Assembly: GCA_963767925.1 (NCBI GenBank)
Contig: CAVYGB010000002.1
Coordinates: forward strand, 800,001 to 864,000
Direction: 5' to 3'
DNA from: an uncultured delta proteobacterium
GTDB lineage: Bacteria; Myxococcota_A; Polyangia; Fen-1088
DNA: 64,000 nt
Part shown: positions 31,307 to 41,289 of the stretch, piece by piece
Position numbering within the stretch: position 1 is the stretch's first letter
Layout: each line of letters starts with the position of its first letter
Made by a program: the position numbers and the translations under genes
Notes under the pieces: generated by a model
Database searches by the model: none
What the model saw: the letters and a program-made list of their open reading frames with translations, nothing else
What the model was told of the DNA's origin: nothing

Positions 31307-33673
31307 TCATTCGAGGCCGACGGTCACCAGCGTGATCGTCCGGCAGCTCATGGAAAAAGTCAGCCAGCCGTCTTTCAGGGTGAACGGCAGAGCCGCGCGG
31401 CCCGCCCCCGGCTGCGAGCCAACCACGCTGAGCACCCGCCGCCCCGAGGGCCCGCGCAGGGCCGGCGACAGCGCCACCTCGAAGCTGGCCGGGCGCGGCG
31501 TCCAGGCGGGCGGGCTCTCCCCCAGCCCGTCCAGGTTGGCCACCGCCAGCAGCAGGCGCTTGTCGCGGGTGCGGCGGATCGAGAACACGGTGGCCAGCGG
31601 CGCACCGCTGACGAGCTGGGGCGTCGCGCCCACCGCCTGGGCCACCTCGGTGCGGGCCCGCTCGCTCTCGCGCCGGAGGTAGGTCGCGCCCGCCCGCTCG
31701 GCGCCGTGCACGACCCGCCCGCTGCCGAAGGGCTTGTGGACCCAGTCGCCCGAGGCGAGGCCGAAGGCGGCCAGCAGGGCGGGGCCGCTGCGGGCCCGCC
31801 CGTCCTCGTCGTAGATGCCGAGGTCGGGGCCGGACGCGACGAGCGTGCCGCCGCCCGCGACCCAGGTCGTGAGCACGCCGATGGCCGCGTCGGACAGGGC
31901 CACCGCGCTCGGCACGATCAGCACCCGGTAGCGGGCCAGCGCCGCCGCCGACAGGCGCCAGGCCGGCAACACGTCGTAGGGCTGGTGGTCGTGGATGAGG
32001 GCCCGGCACCAGCCCCGGTAGTCGCCGAGGTAAGACAGCGTCAGGGTGCTGTCGGCCGGGTCGTTGCTCCACCACTGGTCGTCGTGGGCCTCGACCGAGG
32101 TGTGCAGGCCGATGCCGGCGCTGCGGTCCAGGAAGTCGCGGCTGGCCGAGGAATACAGCACCGCCACCTGGTGCAGCGGGTAGCCGGCCAGGGCGTCTTC
32201 CCCCGCGAGCCACTGGAACACCCGCTGCCGGTGCGCGGGGCCGACCGAGGTGTCCATCAGCGGGACCTTCAGCTCGAAGGGGTTGTTGCCGGTGGCGAGG
32301 GCCAGGGCGAACACGTGCTCGGCGTCGGGAGCCTGGTCGCCGTAGCAGAACACCCAGCTCGGGCGGGGGGCGGCGCAGCTCGCGCCGTGTTTCATCATCA
32401 CCGCCATGTCGAGCCAGTCGGCCGCGCCGGCCATGCGCATGGCCGAGGCGTCGCTGACCGCGTCCACCTCCCACACCCGCAGCACCCGGCCATCGTCGTG
32501 GGAGGCGGCGTCGAGGCCCTGCATGGTGGCGCCGCTGTAGTCCATGGTGACCGTCTCGACGACCACCTGGAAGTCGGGGCGCACCTGGCGGGCGCGGGCG
32601 GCGATCTTCTGCTCGAAGTCCCAGATCAGCCGGTGGCGCCACACCACCCAGCGCCGGAAGGCGGCGCTCGACCAGTCGACCGCCCCGGGCAGGGTCATCC
32701 CGGTCTCGGCGGCGAAGCGGGTCTGGCAGTGGCGGCAGGTGCAGGCCCACTCGCTGACCAGGGCGGCCAGCAGGGGCACGTCGGCCCAGAGGCCGTCGAG
32801 GGCGGTGCGGGCCAGCCGGTCGACCCGGGCCAGGAAATATTCGGCGTAGCCGCTGCTCGGGCACAGCCAGGCGCTCTCGGTGCCGGGCTCCACCCAGAAC
32901 ACGCTGCCCTCGTCCCCCACGAAGGAGTTGGGGCGACCGAAGATGTCCCGCTGCAGCCAGTCGGGGTTGTCGCGGGCCATCGAGCCGGGGGCATTGGCCA
33001 CGTCTTCGGTCAACACCTCGAGCGAGGGGATGTAAATGACCGCCTTCATGCCGCGGGCGTGCACCGCCGCCGCGGCGGCGTCGAGCGCCAGGGCCTCGAC
33101 TTCGAACTCCTCGTCGGAGAGGTAATACGAGAGGCTGGAGTCGAGCTCGACAACGCTGACCCCCTGGGCGGCGAAGGCGTCGAGCGACTCGGCCAGGTCC
33201 TCCGGATCGAGGCTGCCGTCGAGGCCGGCCACCCGGGCGTCGCGCACCCAGCGGGGGCCGTCGTATTCGGGCGGGTGGTTCTCCTCGAGCGGGGCTTGCT
33301 CGGGCGGGGCGCGCTCGGGCGCCCCGGCATCGGGGGGGCGGGGATCGGGCGGGCGGGTATCGGGGGCGCCGGCGTCGTTCGCGCTGACCGCGGGGCGCTC
33401 GCGGCCGGGGGCGGCGTCGGTCGCGCCCCCGTCGGGGCCGGTGGCCTGGGGCGCGGCGGGGCCAGGGGCCGGGGTCCCTGGCCCGGGGGTTCCGGGCGGC
33501 GGGGACGGATCGGCGAGCGGCGGCGCACGGCGGGGGCCGCCCGGCTCCGGCGGCGGCACCTCGGTCCGGCAGCTCGACACGAACGCCGTCCCGGCCAGAC
33601 CGCCCGCGCCCCGGAGCACCGTCCGGCGCGACAGGAGCCACCTGCCACTCGAGTCCAGGAGTATTCTACGCAA
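31307..33673 (-). CDS. Tat-exported glycoside hydrolase-like protein with beta-galactosidase trimerisation-like domain
   Basis: SRRTVL Tat motif; TIM-barrel-like region with CTCRHC; VAVLYS...YDVL...WVAGGGTLV; TTG start after AGGAG inferred. Confidence 0.7.
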   Translation of the reverse strand: MRRILLDSSGRWLLSRRTVLRGAGGLAGTAFVSSCRTEVPPPEPGGPRRAPPLADPSPPPGTPGPGTPAPGPAAPQATGPDGGATDAAPGRERPAVSANDAGAPDTRPPDPRPPDAGAPERAPPEQAPLEENHPPEYDGPRWVRDARVAGLDGSLDPEDLAESLDAFAAQGVSVVELDSSLSYYLSDEEFEVEALALDAAAAAVHARGMKAVIYIPSLEVLTEDVANAPGSMARDNPDWLQRDIFGRPNSFVGDEGSVFWVEPGTESAWLCPSSGYAEYFLARVDRLARTALDGLWADVPLLAALVSEWACTCRHCQTRFAAETGMTLPGAVDWSSAAFRRWVVWRHRLIWDFEQKIAARARQVRPDFQVVVETVTMDYSGATMQGLDAASHDDGRVLRVWEVDAVSDASAMRMAGAADWLDMAVMMKHGASCAAPRPSWVFCYGDQAPDAEHVFALALATGNNPFELKVPLMDTSVGPAHRQRVFQWLAGEDALAGYPLHQVAVLYSSASRDFLDRSAGIGLHTSVEAHDDQWWSNDPADSTLTLSYLGDYRGWCRALIHDHQPYDVLPAWRLSAAALARYRVLIVPSAVALSDAAIGVLTTWVAGGGTLVASGPDLGIYDEDGRARSGPALLAAFGLASGDWVHKPFGSGRVVHGAERAGATYLRRESERARTEVAQAVGATPQLVSGAPLATVFSIRRTRDKRLLLAVANLDGLGESPPAWTPRPASFEVALSPALRGPSGRRVLSVVGSQPGAGRAALPFTLKDGWLTFSMSCRTITLVTVGLE

Positions 33674-33884
33674 AGCCAAGCTCCTCGTTGATGAACGAAT
33701 CAGCCGGCGCCTCTGCTTCAGGGCAGGCTTTCGGGCCGCCACCTCCACCCGGACCAGACCGGCCCAGGTTCACCCGCTTCGACGTCCTTGGCAACTATCG
33801 GGCGGGCCCCCGAAGAGTTGCTCGTCACGCTTCTGTGACGCCCTGGATCCAGGCCCGTCGCGGATCCAACCTAGGAGGCTGCCC

Positions 33885-35108
33885 ATGTCCAACCCAGGTG
33901 CGCCCCCGCCCGCCGACGCCGCCGCCAGCTTCTACCGCCGCCCCTTGCCCGAGGGGCTGATCGCCTTCGCCTCGCCCGAGGGGCGGCACCTGTTCCGGGA
34001 GGCGCTGGCGGCCGGAGGGATGGAGGGCTGGTTCGCCCTGGCCGAGCAGTTCCACACCCAGGCCGATCCGGCGTTCTGCGGCCTGGGGACCCTGGTGGTG
34101 GCGCTCAACGCCCTGCAGATCGATCCCGGCCGCATCTGGAAGGGGCCCTGGCGCTGGTACGGCGAGGAGCTGCTCGACTGCTGCGTCCCCCTGGATCGCG
34201 TGCAGCGCCGGGGGGTCACCCTCGACGAGCTGGCCTGCCTGGCCCGCTGCAACGGCGCCAGCGCCCGCACCGAACGCCCCGACCGCGCCGGGCTGGAGGC
34301 CTTCCGCCAGGACGTGCGCGCCGCCACCGCCGCGCCCCGCGGCCCGGTGCTGGTGGCCGGCTACACCCGCGCCCGCCTGGGCCAGACCGGGGAAGGACAC
34401 TTCTCGCCGGTGGGCGGCTACCACGCCGCGCGCGACCTGGTGCTGATCCTCGACGTGGCCCGCTTCAAGTACCCGCCCCACTGGGTCCCGCTCGAAGCCC
34501 TGTGGCAGGCCATGACCGACAACGACCCGGCCACCGACCGGCCGCGCGGCTGGATCGTGCTCGACCGGGGCGAGCAGCGGACCACCACCCTGTTCTTCCG
34601 CCTGTCGGCCGGCGACGGGCTGGCGCCGCTGGTGGCGACGCTGTTCCAGCAGGCCCCCGCCCTCCTGGCCGCCGCCCCCACCAGCAGCCCCGCCGCCCTC
34701 CTGGGCGGCTGGGTGGCCGCGGTCGAAGCCACCATCGCCGACCGCGTCTGCGAGAGCTTCGGCGCGCCGGCGCCGACCACCGCCGCCCTGCCCGCCGAAT
34801 ACCGGGCCGCCGTCGAGACCATGCTCGGCCAGCTCCACGGCAGCGCCGCCTACCTGGCCATCGCCGGCAGCCGCCCCGGCGCCGGGCGCGCCCGCGTGCC
34901 CGACGAGCTGCTGGCCATCCTGCTGCTCGCCCTGCCCGACGCCGCCCTCGCCGCCCTCTCGCCCGAGGCCCGCGCCGCCCTCGCCCCCCTGCGCGATTCG
35001 ACCACCCTGGGCCACCTCCTGGCCGACGAGATCGCCGCCCTCCGCGCGCAGATGACGATCCTGCAACGCTGGGACGCCGCCCCCGAGGGCGCCGCTTCGG
35101 GAGGCTGA
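33885..35108 (+). CDS. Phytochelatin synthase family protein
   Basis: Catalytic Cys/His/Asp in QADPAFCG, GHFSP and LDVARFKYPPHWV; AGGAGG SD. Confidence 0.93.
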   Translation: MSNPGAPPPADAAASFYRRPLPEGLIAFASPEGRHLFREALAAGGMEGWFALAEQFHTQADPAFCGLGTLVVALNALQIDPGRIWKGPWRWYGEELLDCCVPLDRVQRRGVTLDELACLARCNGASARTERPDRAGLEAFRQDVRAATAAPRGPVLVAGYTRARLGQTGEGHFSPVGGYHAARDLVLILDVARFKYPPHWVPLEALWQAMTDNDPATDRPRGWIVLDRGEQRTTTLFFRLSAGDGLAPLVATLFQQAPALLAAAPTSSPAALLGGWVAAVEATIADRVCESFGAPAPTTAALPAEYRAAVETMLGQLHGSAAYLAIAGSRPGAGRARVPDELLAILLLALPDAALAALSPEARAALAPLRDSTTLGHLLADEIAALRAQMTILQRWDAAPEGAASGG

Positions 35109-35169
35109 AACACCGCAGGAAAGTTGCACCTCGCGCCCCGGCCAGTGGGGGCCGGATGTGCCGGGGCGG

Positions 35170-35838
35170 TCAGCGGATGCAGAGGCGCAGGCGGATGGGC
35201 TGGGAGGCGCCGGTCGGGTCGCTGGTGAAGGAGAAGCTGGTCCCCTCGGCGGCCCAGGGTGGGATCCGGAAACGAAAGGTGACGAGGTCGACGATGGCGC
35301 CGGCGTATTCGCAGCGGCGGCACCACAGCACGTAGCGCTGGGCGATGCCCCCGCAGGTGGGACAGGTGACCGGCACCGAGGCGTCGACGACCGCGGTGCC
35401 GCCGGAGATGGCCTCGGCGCGGGTGATCAGCAGCTCGATGGCGCCGTCGCGGGCGTGGCGGGCGATGCCGCGGGCGAGGAGATCTTCGAGCCGCCCCGAC
35501 AGGCGCAGCAGCGGATCGACGATCGGGGGCTGCGGCTTGCTGACCTTCCAGCCGAAGCGGCCCCCCACCCCGTTGTGCTCCCCCTGATCGGCGGTGTCCC
35601 GGCGGGGCGGCTCCGGCCGCTTGCCGAAGTGATCGTCATAGTCCAGGCGCGAGCGCGCATCCGAGAGCACGGCATAGGCACGGGCAATGCGTTGGAAGAT
35701 CTCGGTTCCGCTGGGGCCCGCGCGGTCGGGGTGGTAGCGCAGCGCGAGCAGGCGGTACTTCCGCCGCAGCTCGGCGGCGCTGGCCGAACGGTCGACCCCG
35801 AGCAGCACGTAGTAATCCTCGTTCGGGCCGTCGCGCAT
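35170..35838 (-). CDS. DnaJ domain protein with partial zinc finger
   Basis: DYYVLLGV..YHPDR; CPTCGG and CRRC. Confidence 0.88.
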   Translation of the reverse strand: MRDGPNEDYYVLLGVDRSASAAELRRKYRLLALRYHPDRAGPSGTEIFQRIARAYAVLSDARSRLDYDDHFGKRPEPPRRDTADQGEHNGVGGRFGWKVSKPQPPIVDPLLRLSGRLEDLLARGIARHARDGAIELLITRAEAISGGTAVVDASVPVTCPTCGGIAQRYVLWCRRCEYAGAIVDLVTFRFRIPPWAAEGTSFSFTSDPTGASQPIRLRLCIR

Positions 35839-35910
35839 CGAACGGCCTACATTTTAGCTGACGTCGGTGGTTCGGACCTCTGACGCGAATTCTCGTTGTA
35901 GAACTTTCGG

Positions 35911-36246
35911 GTGTCCACAACGGCGAAGGTTCCGGAGATACAAAACGTGCTCGAGGCGCTGCAGGCGCGGTTCGGGGTGGGGTGCTTCTCGGTTGTCGAT
36001 CACTGGCCTGGGGACCCCCTGGCGGTCGGGGTGGCCCGTCCCGATGACAAGGCTGTGCTGGTCTACGTCTCGGTCGAGAGCACGTTCTCGGGGGAGTCGG
36101 TGAAGTACTATGTCGCGCTCGAGCTGCAGCCTTCGGGGCCGCACGAGACGTTCAAGGCGGCGGGGGACTTTCATCGGCTGACGCTGGCGGAGATTCCCGA
36201 CATCGTGGGGCGGCACCTGGGGCTCGAAGCTTCGCCGCGCAACTGA
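35911..36246 (+). CDS. Hypothetical protein
   Basis: 111-aa ORF with natural amino-acid composition, divergent from dnaJ. Confidence 0.6.
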   Translation: MSTTAKVPEIQNVLEALQARFGVGCFSVVDHWPGDPLAVGVARPDDKAVLVYVSVESTFSGESVKYYVALELQPSGPHETFKAAGDFHRLTLAEIPDIVGRHLGLEASPRN

Positions 36247-36280
36247 TCCGCCCTGCGCGGCGGCGATCGCCGTGGCTGGT

Positions 36281-36460
36281 CGGAGCCGGAGGAGCGGAGT
36301 CGGAGCCGGAGGAGCGGAGCCGGAGGAGCGGAGTCGGAGCCGGAGGAGCGGAGCCGGAGGAGCGGAGTCGGAGCCGGAGGAGCGGAGCCGGAGGAGCGGA
36401 GTCGGAGCCGGAGGAGCGGAGCCGGAGCCGGAGCGGGGAGGAGCGGAGCCGGAGCGGGAG
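36281..36460. repeat. Purine-rich GGAGC-based tandem repeat (34-bp higher-order unit, ~4x)
   Basis: CGGAGCCGGAGGAGCGGAGTCGGAGCCGGAGGAG repeated. Confidence 0.93.
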
Positions 36461-36479
36461 GCGGGCTTCGTGCTTTTCG

Positions 36480-36690
36480 GCGGGGGGGAGGGGGGGATGT
36501 CCCTCCCGGGGGACGGCCGCCTACGCGCCCGGCCGGGGGGACCTCACGGGCCTGCGGCGACGCTGGCGCTGCGAGGACCGGGGTGGCCTATCGATCGCGC
36601 GCGGGCCTCGACTCGCGCCTTGGCGACCGCCGCAGACGGCGGTGCAGGCGCTCCACGCCCCCGGGAGAGACATCCCCACCTCCCCCCCGC
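36480..36690. mobile_element. Palindromic MITE-like element
   Basis: Arms GCGGGGGGGAGGGGGGGATGTCCCTCCCGGGGG and CCCCCGGGAGAGACATCCCCACCTCCCCCCCGC; inner CTGCGGCG..CCGCCGCAG pairing. Confidence 0.6.
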
Positions 36691-36942
36691 CCGGGGTGGC
36701 CTACATTTTCTTCGCCCCAGGGCATTGGCCAAGGGGATCGCCGACTTGATTTGGCTCGGGGGGGCCAAGGGGATCGCCGGCTCTCTTCGCCCCGCGGGAC
36801 AAGGGGATCGCCGGCTCTCTTCGCCCCGCGGGATGATGTCGGGCACCTGGCTGATTGTTCGCCCTCGCCCCGCGGCAGCGGGGAGAGGGTTGGGGTGAGG
36901 GGCTCCGGCGTTTCCAGGCGCGGCGTCTGTGGGGGATTGGGG

Positions 36943-37293
36943 TCAGCGGCTGGAGGCGGCCAGGGTGGCCCAGCCGGCCAGGAAGGCGGCGCCGCCGAGG
37001 GGGGTGATGGCGCCGAGCCAGGTCTGGCCGGTGAGGGTGAGGAGATAGAGGCTGCCGGAAAATACGATGATGCCCGCGGTGAAGAGGCCGGCTACCGACC
37101 GGCGCCAGGCGATGCGATCGCGGGCGAGGGCGACGCCAAACAGGGCGAGGACGTGAAAGAGGTGGTACAGGACGCCGGTCTTCCAGACCTCGATCAGCTC
37201 GGGGGCGACGCGCGACTTCAACCCGTGCGCCCCGAAGGCACCCAGCGCCACCCCGAGGAACCCGAGCACCGCGGATAGACGAAGGATCGACAT
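36943..37293 (-). CDS. DUF423 (YgdD/TMEM256) membrane protein
   Basis: [14 protein letters not shown] and GAITPLGG. Confidence 0.93.
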   Translation of the reverse strand: MSILRLSAVLGFLGVALGAFGAHGLKSRVAPELIEVWKTGVLYHLFHVLALFGVALARDRIAWRRSVAGLFTAGIIVFSGSLYLLTLTGQTWLGAITPLGGAAFLAGWATLAASSR

Positions 37294-37304
37294 GGCGCGG
37301 GAGT

Positions 37305-37468
37305 CTAGTCCCCTGGAACGGTGATTTCTTGCATATCTCGCCGGTCCTCTTCGTCCCTGGCTGCGTTGCTCGTCGGTTAAATGCGCCAGGTATTCGCCCT
37401 CCTGGCGCCTTGCCAGGAACGAAGATGCCTCGCCGACACATGCAAGACTTCACCTTCCAGGGGCCCTG
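37305..37468. mobile_element. ~165-bp MITE, copy 1
   Basis: CTAGTCCCCTGGAACGGTGA...TCACCTTCCAGGGG; nearly identical to 53501-53665. Confidence 0.85.
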
Positions 37469-37535
37469 GCGTCACGTCTGTGACAGTCGAGGCGCGCGCA
37501 CGCGGCGGGGCGGTTTCGTGTTATCCCTGCCGGCG

Positions 37536-38918
37536 ATGAGTCGCATTCACCGCACCCTGCCACCGGCAGGAACCCGCATCGGCGTCGCGTTCTCCGGGGG
37601 GCTCGACACCCGCTGCGCCGTGGCCTGGTTCGAGCGCAACGGGCTCGAGGTCTTCGCCTATACCGCCGACCTGGCCCAGCCCGACGAAGCCTCGCCGAGC
37701 GACATCCCGCCGGTCGCGCTCGAGCACGGGGCGAAGAAGGCCCGCCTGGTCGACTGCCGGGACGCCCTCGTGCGCGAGGGGCTGATCGCGGTCCAGTGCG
37801 GGGCCTTCCACCTGCACACCGGGGGCAAGAAGTACTTCAACACCACCCCCCTCGGGCGCGCGGTCACGACGACGGCCATCGTCCGGGCCATGCGGGAGGA
37901 CGGGGTCAACGTGTTCTCCGATGGCAGCACCCACAAGGGGAACGACATCCAGCGGTTCTACCGCTACGGGATCCTCACCAACCCCGAGCTCACCATTTAC
38001 AAGCCCTGGCTCGACCAGAAGTTCGTCGAGGCCTTCGGGGGGCGCAAGGAGATGAGCGAATACCTGGTGGGGCTGGGACTGCCCTACCGCATGGGGACCG
38101 AGAAGGCGTACAGCACGGACGCCAACCTGCTGGGCGCGACCCACGAGGCCAAGGACCTGGAGTTCCTGGACAAGGGGATGCGCATCGTCAGCCCCATCAT
38201 GGGGGTGGCGTTCTGGCGGCCGGAGATGGAGGTCCTCGCCGAGGAGGTCACGGTCAGCTTCGAGCAGGGCGTGCCCACCCGGATCAACAGCACCCGGTTC
38301 GGGTCGCTGTTCGAGCTGTTCGTCGAGGCCAACAAGGTCGGTGGGCGGCACGGGCTGGGGATGAGCGACCAGATCGAGAACCGGGTGATCGAGGCCAAGA
38401 GCCGGGGCATCTACGAGGCGCCGGCGATGTCCCTGCTGCACGTGGCCTACGAGCGGCTGCTCAGCTCGATCCACAACGAGAACACGATGGACCTCTACTT
38501 CACGCTGGGCCGGCGGCTCGGCCGGTTGCTGTACGAGGGCCGCTGGTTCGATCCCGAGGCGATGTTGCTCAAGGACGCCCTCACCCGCTGGGTGGCCCCG
38601 GCGGTGACGGGGTCGGTCACCCTCGAGCTGCGGCGGGGCGACGACTACACCGTTGTCGACACCCGCGCCGAGCACATGTCCTACGACCCCCACAAGCTGT
38701 CGATGGAGAAGGTCGCGAGCGCCTTCTCCCCCGAGGACCGCATGGGCGCCCTCGAGCTGCAGAACCTCTCCGTCCTCGACAACCGCGCCCTGCTCATCCA
38801 CCACCTCACCTCTCTGCGCCGCCTCGGCGCCCCCGACAGCACCGCCGGCGTGGAGAGCGCCCCCGACCACCTCGCCGAGCTCCTGGCCCTCGAAGACCCC
38901 GACCGCACCGAGAGCTGA
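37536..38918 (+). CDS. argG: Argininosuccinate synthase
   Basis: [28 protein letters not shown] and [17 protein letters not shown]. Confidence 0.97.
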   Translation: MSRIHRTLPPAGTRIGVAFSGGLDTRCAVAWFERNGLEVFAYTADLAQPDEASPSDIPPVALEHGAKKARLVDCRDALVREGLIAVQCGAFHLHTGGKKYFNTTPLGRAVTTTAIVRAMREDGVNVFSDGSTHKGNDIQRFYRYGILTNPELTIYKPWLDQKFVEAFGGRKEMSEYLVGLGLPYRMGTEKAYSTDANLLGATHEAKDLEFLDKGMRIVSPIMGVAFWRPEMEVLAEEVTVSFEQGVPTRINSTRFGSLFELFVEANKVGGRHGLGMSDQIENRVIEAKSRGIYEAPAMSLLHVAYERLLSSIHNENTMDLYFTLGRRLGRLLYEGRWFDPEAMLLKDALTRWVAPAVTGSVTLELRRGDDYTVVDTRAEHMSYDPHKLSMEKVASAFSPEDRMGALELQNLSVLDNRALLIHHLTSLRRLGAPDSTAGVESAPDHLAELLALEDPDRTES

Positions 38919-38929
38919 CCCCAGCGGGG

Positions 38930-39820
38930 TCAGCGGGTGAGGAGGTCTTCGAAGAATTTGGTGGCGCGGGGGTCCTTGGATTGGCCGAGCCAGAACATGG
39001 CTTGCTTGCGGACCTGGGGGTGGCGGTCTTCCCTGGCCAGGCGGATGAGGGTCGGGAGGGCTTCGGGGTCCTGGGTCTGGGTGAGGGCGAAGGCGGCGTG
39101 CTCGCGGACCTTTTCGCTGGGGTCCTCGCGGGCGGCGCGGGCGACCGCCAGGTAGCCGGGGCGGCCGCGGGTTGTGGCGAGCCAGAAGAGGGCGGACTTG
39201 CGAGTGGGCTCGGACGGAGACGTGGCGGCGAGGCCGAGGCGTTCCAGGGCTTGCTGGGCTTCGGCGCCGGCGTGGAGGGCGAGGGCCTGGATGGCGGGGT
39301 CGGCGGTGGAGCGGCGGCCGGCGGGCTCGGTGGCGGTGGCCTGGCGGAGGAGGAGGGCCACGCTCTCGGTCGGTTTGACCGACGTCAGCCAGTGGAAGGG
39401 GAGACCGCCGGCATCGAGGGGGCAGTCGTTGCCGTAGGCCCGGACCTTGATCACCTGGGTGGCCTCCACCCGCAAGAGGACCGCGACGTGGGAGGGGCCT
39501 TCCAGCTTGACGGGGCCCTGGGGGCGGGGGGGCGGGGTCTTGCGGTCGCCTTCTAGGCCGCAGCCGCGGCCCTCGTCGTTCCAGCAACAGGACTGGGCGT
39601 CGCCGGGGAGCTTGGGGACCGCCCAGCCGATCCAGGCGGAGCCGGGCTGGCGGGCCATCGCCGCCTTGACCGCCGCCTCCAGGCCGCCGGCGGCGGAGGT
39701 GATGGCGACCTGGGCGTTCTGGATGGCGGGTTGCTCGGCCGGCGGGGGCGCGGCGGAGGGGGCCACCGCCAGGGGGATCAGCGCGAAGGAGTGGGCCAGC
39801 AAGGCGCTCTGGAGAATCAT
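38930..39820 (-). CDS. Secreted HEAT-repeat protein
   Basis: Signal peptide; VREHAAFAL and VRKQAMFWLGQS repeats. Confidence 0.85.
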   Translation of the reverse strand: MILQSALLAHSFALIPLAVAPSAAPPPAEQPAIQNAQVAITSAAGGLEAAVKAAMARQPGSAWIGWAVPKLPGDAQSCCWNDEGRGCGLEGDRKTPPPRPQGPVKLEGPSHVAVLLRVEATQVIKVRAYGNDCPLDAGGLPFHWLTSVKPTESVALLLRQATATEPAGRRSTADPAIQALALHAGAEAQQALERLGLAATSPSEPTRKSALFWLATTRGRPGYLAVARAAREDPSEKVREHAAFALTQTQDPEALPTLIRLAREDRHPQVRKQAMFWLGQSKDPRATKFFEDLLTR

Positions 39821-39905
39821 GGGTCGAGCCGCTCCATCGGATGGTTGATCGCTCCGAGCGCACGCACGTTCGTCAGGCGGGAGACCGCGGCCTTCTCGGG
39901 GCGAG

Positions 39906-41252
39906 TCATTTGTTGAGCAGCTCCATGAGGTAGCTGGTGGCTTCGGGGCTGCGCATGTTCGTCAGGCGGGAGACGGCGGCCTTCTTGAGCTCGGGGTTGG
40001 TCTCCTTGCGGGTGAGGGCGACGAGCTGCTGGGCGTTGCCCTGGATGAAGAGGGCCTCGATCACGCGCTCGCGGACGCGGGGGTCGGGGGTGCTGCCGTA
40101 GATGGCGACGAGGGCCTCGCCGGCGGCCGGGACCTTGCTGGTGCCGAGGTGCTGGATCGCGCGCTCGCGCAGCTCGGGGTCCTTCTCGGTGCGGGCGACC
40201 TCGATCAGCTTGCTCGTGTTGCCGCCGACGAACAGGGCTTGCAGGATGCGCTTGCGGGTTTCGAGCGACGTCTCGGCGGGGTAGAGCTGGGCCAGCTCGG
40301 CGCTGGCCCCCATGGTGCCGAGAAACATGATGGCCTGGCCGCGCAGCTCCTCGTTCTTCTCCGAGCGGGCGATGGCCAGCAGGCGGTCGCGCTCGCCGCT
40401 CACCATGAAGCTCTGGAGCACCTGCCGCTTGATGGCCACGTCGTTCGACGATCCGTAGATGTCGGCCAGCACTTGCCGGTTCTCCTTGCCCTCGTAGAGG
40501 CCCAGGCTGCGCACGGCGTGGAGCTGCAGGTCGGGGTTGGCGCCCCCCCTGGCGACCTTGACCACCACCTCGCGCGCCCGGGGCGAGCCGCTCTGGCTCA
40601 GCACGAACAGGGCCCGCTCGCGCAGCTTGGGTGCGCCGGGCTTCTGCAGCAGCTTCTCGAGCAGCGGCACCGACCGCTCCGGCTCGCTCTGCATGAGGGC
40701 GTTGATGGCCATCAGCTTCATCTCGTCGTCGCTGGCGTCTTCGGGGTCGAGGGGCTTGCCGCCGGCCTGGCCGATCTCGACCCGCATCACCCTGGCGTCG
40801 TTGAGCCAGCGGCTGGCGGGGTGTGTCTTGCCGAGCTCGTCGAGGGCGGCCAGCGCCTCGGGGCGCCGCCCCAGCTTGGCCAGGGCGTAGGCCTTCCAGT
40901 ACAGCGCCCCGTCGGCGCGGGCCTCGCCGGCCGCCACCACCTCGTCGAAGCTGGCGATGGCATCGTTCCACTCGCGCCGGTCGAGCGCGCGCGATCCCCG
41001 CTCGTAACGTCGCTCGCCCCGGTCGCGGCCGCGCAGGCCCCGCTCGCGGGCCCGCTCGACCCGCTCCCGGGCCCGCTCGACCCGCTCCCGGGCCCGCTCC
41101 GCGGTCTCGCGCCCCCGCTCCCGGCCACCGCGCTCGGCCGCCGCCGCGGGGGTCGGACCCACCGGGGCCTGGGCCGCGGTCTGCGCGCAGGCCAGGCTGG
41201 GGACGATCAGCAGGGTGAGGATCATGGTCATCTCGGCGCTCGCTTTCGACAT
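39906..41252 (-). CDS. Secreted TPR/HEAT-repeat protein
   Basis: ALYWKAYAL TPR; LRERALFVLSQ and further HEAT repeats. Confidence 0.85.
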   Translation of the reverse strand: MSKASAEMTMILTLLIVPSLACAQTAAQAPVGPTPAAAAERGGRERGRETAERARERVERARERVERARERGLRGRDRGERRYERGSRALDRREWNDAIASFDEVVAAGEARADGALYWKAYALAKLGRRPEALAALDELGKTHPASRWLNDARVMRVEIGQAGGKPLDPEDASDDEMKLMAINALMQSEPERSVPLLEKLLQKPGAPKLRERALFVLSQSGSPRAREVVVKVARGGANPDLQLHAVRSLGLYEGKENRQVLADIYGSSNDVAIKRQVLQSFMVSGERDRLLAIARSEKNEELRGQAIMFLGTMGASAELAQLYPAETSLETRKRILQALFVGGNTSKLIEVARTEKDPELRERAIQHLGTSKVPAAGEALVAIYGSTPDPRVRERVIEALFIQGNAQQLVALTRKETNPELKKAAVSRLTNMRSPEATSYLMELLNK

Positions 41253-41289
41253 GGGGTCACTTCCATCTTTCGGGTCATCGGAAGGGCTC

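Noticed and set aside
28908..33641. 1577-aa ORF
   Set aside because: The N-terminal half is a shadow frame of the glycoside hydrolase-like gene; the real gene starts at 31292
37329..37535. N-terminal extension of ArgG
   Set aside because: It is a translation of the MITE; homology begins at ATG 37536
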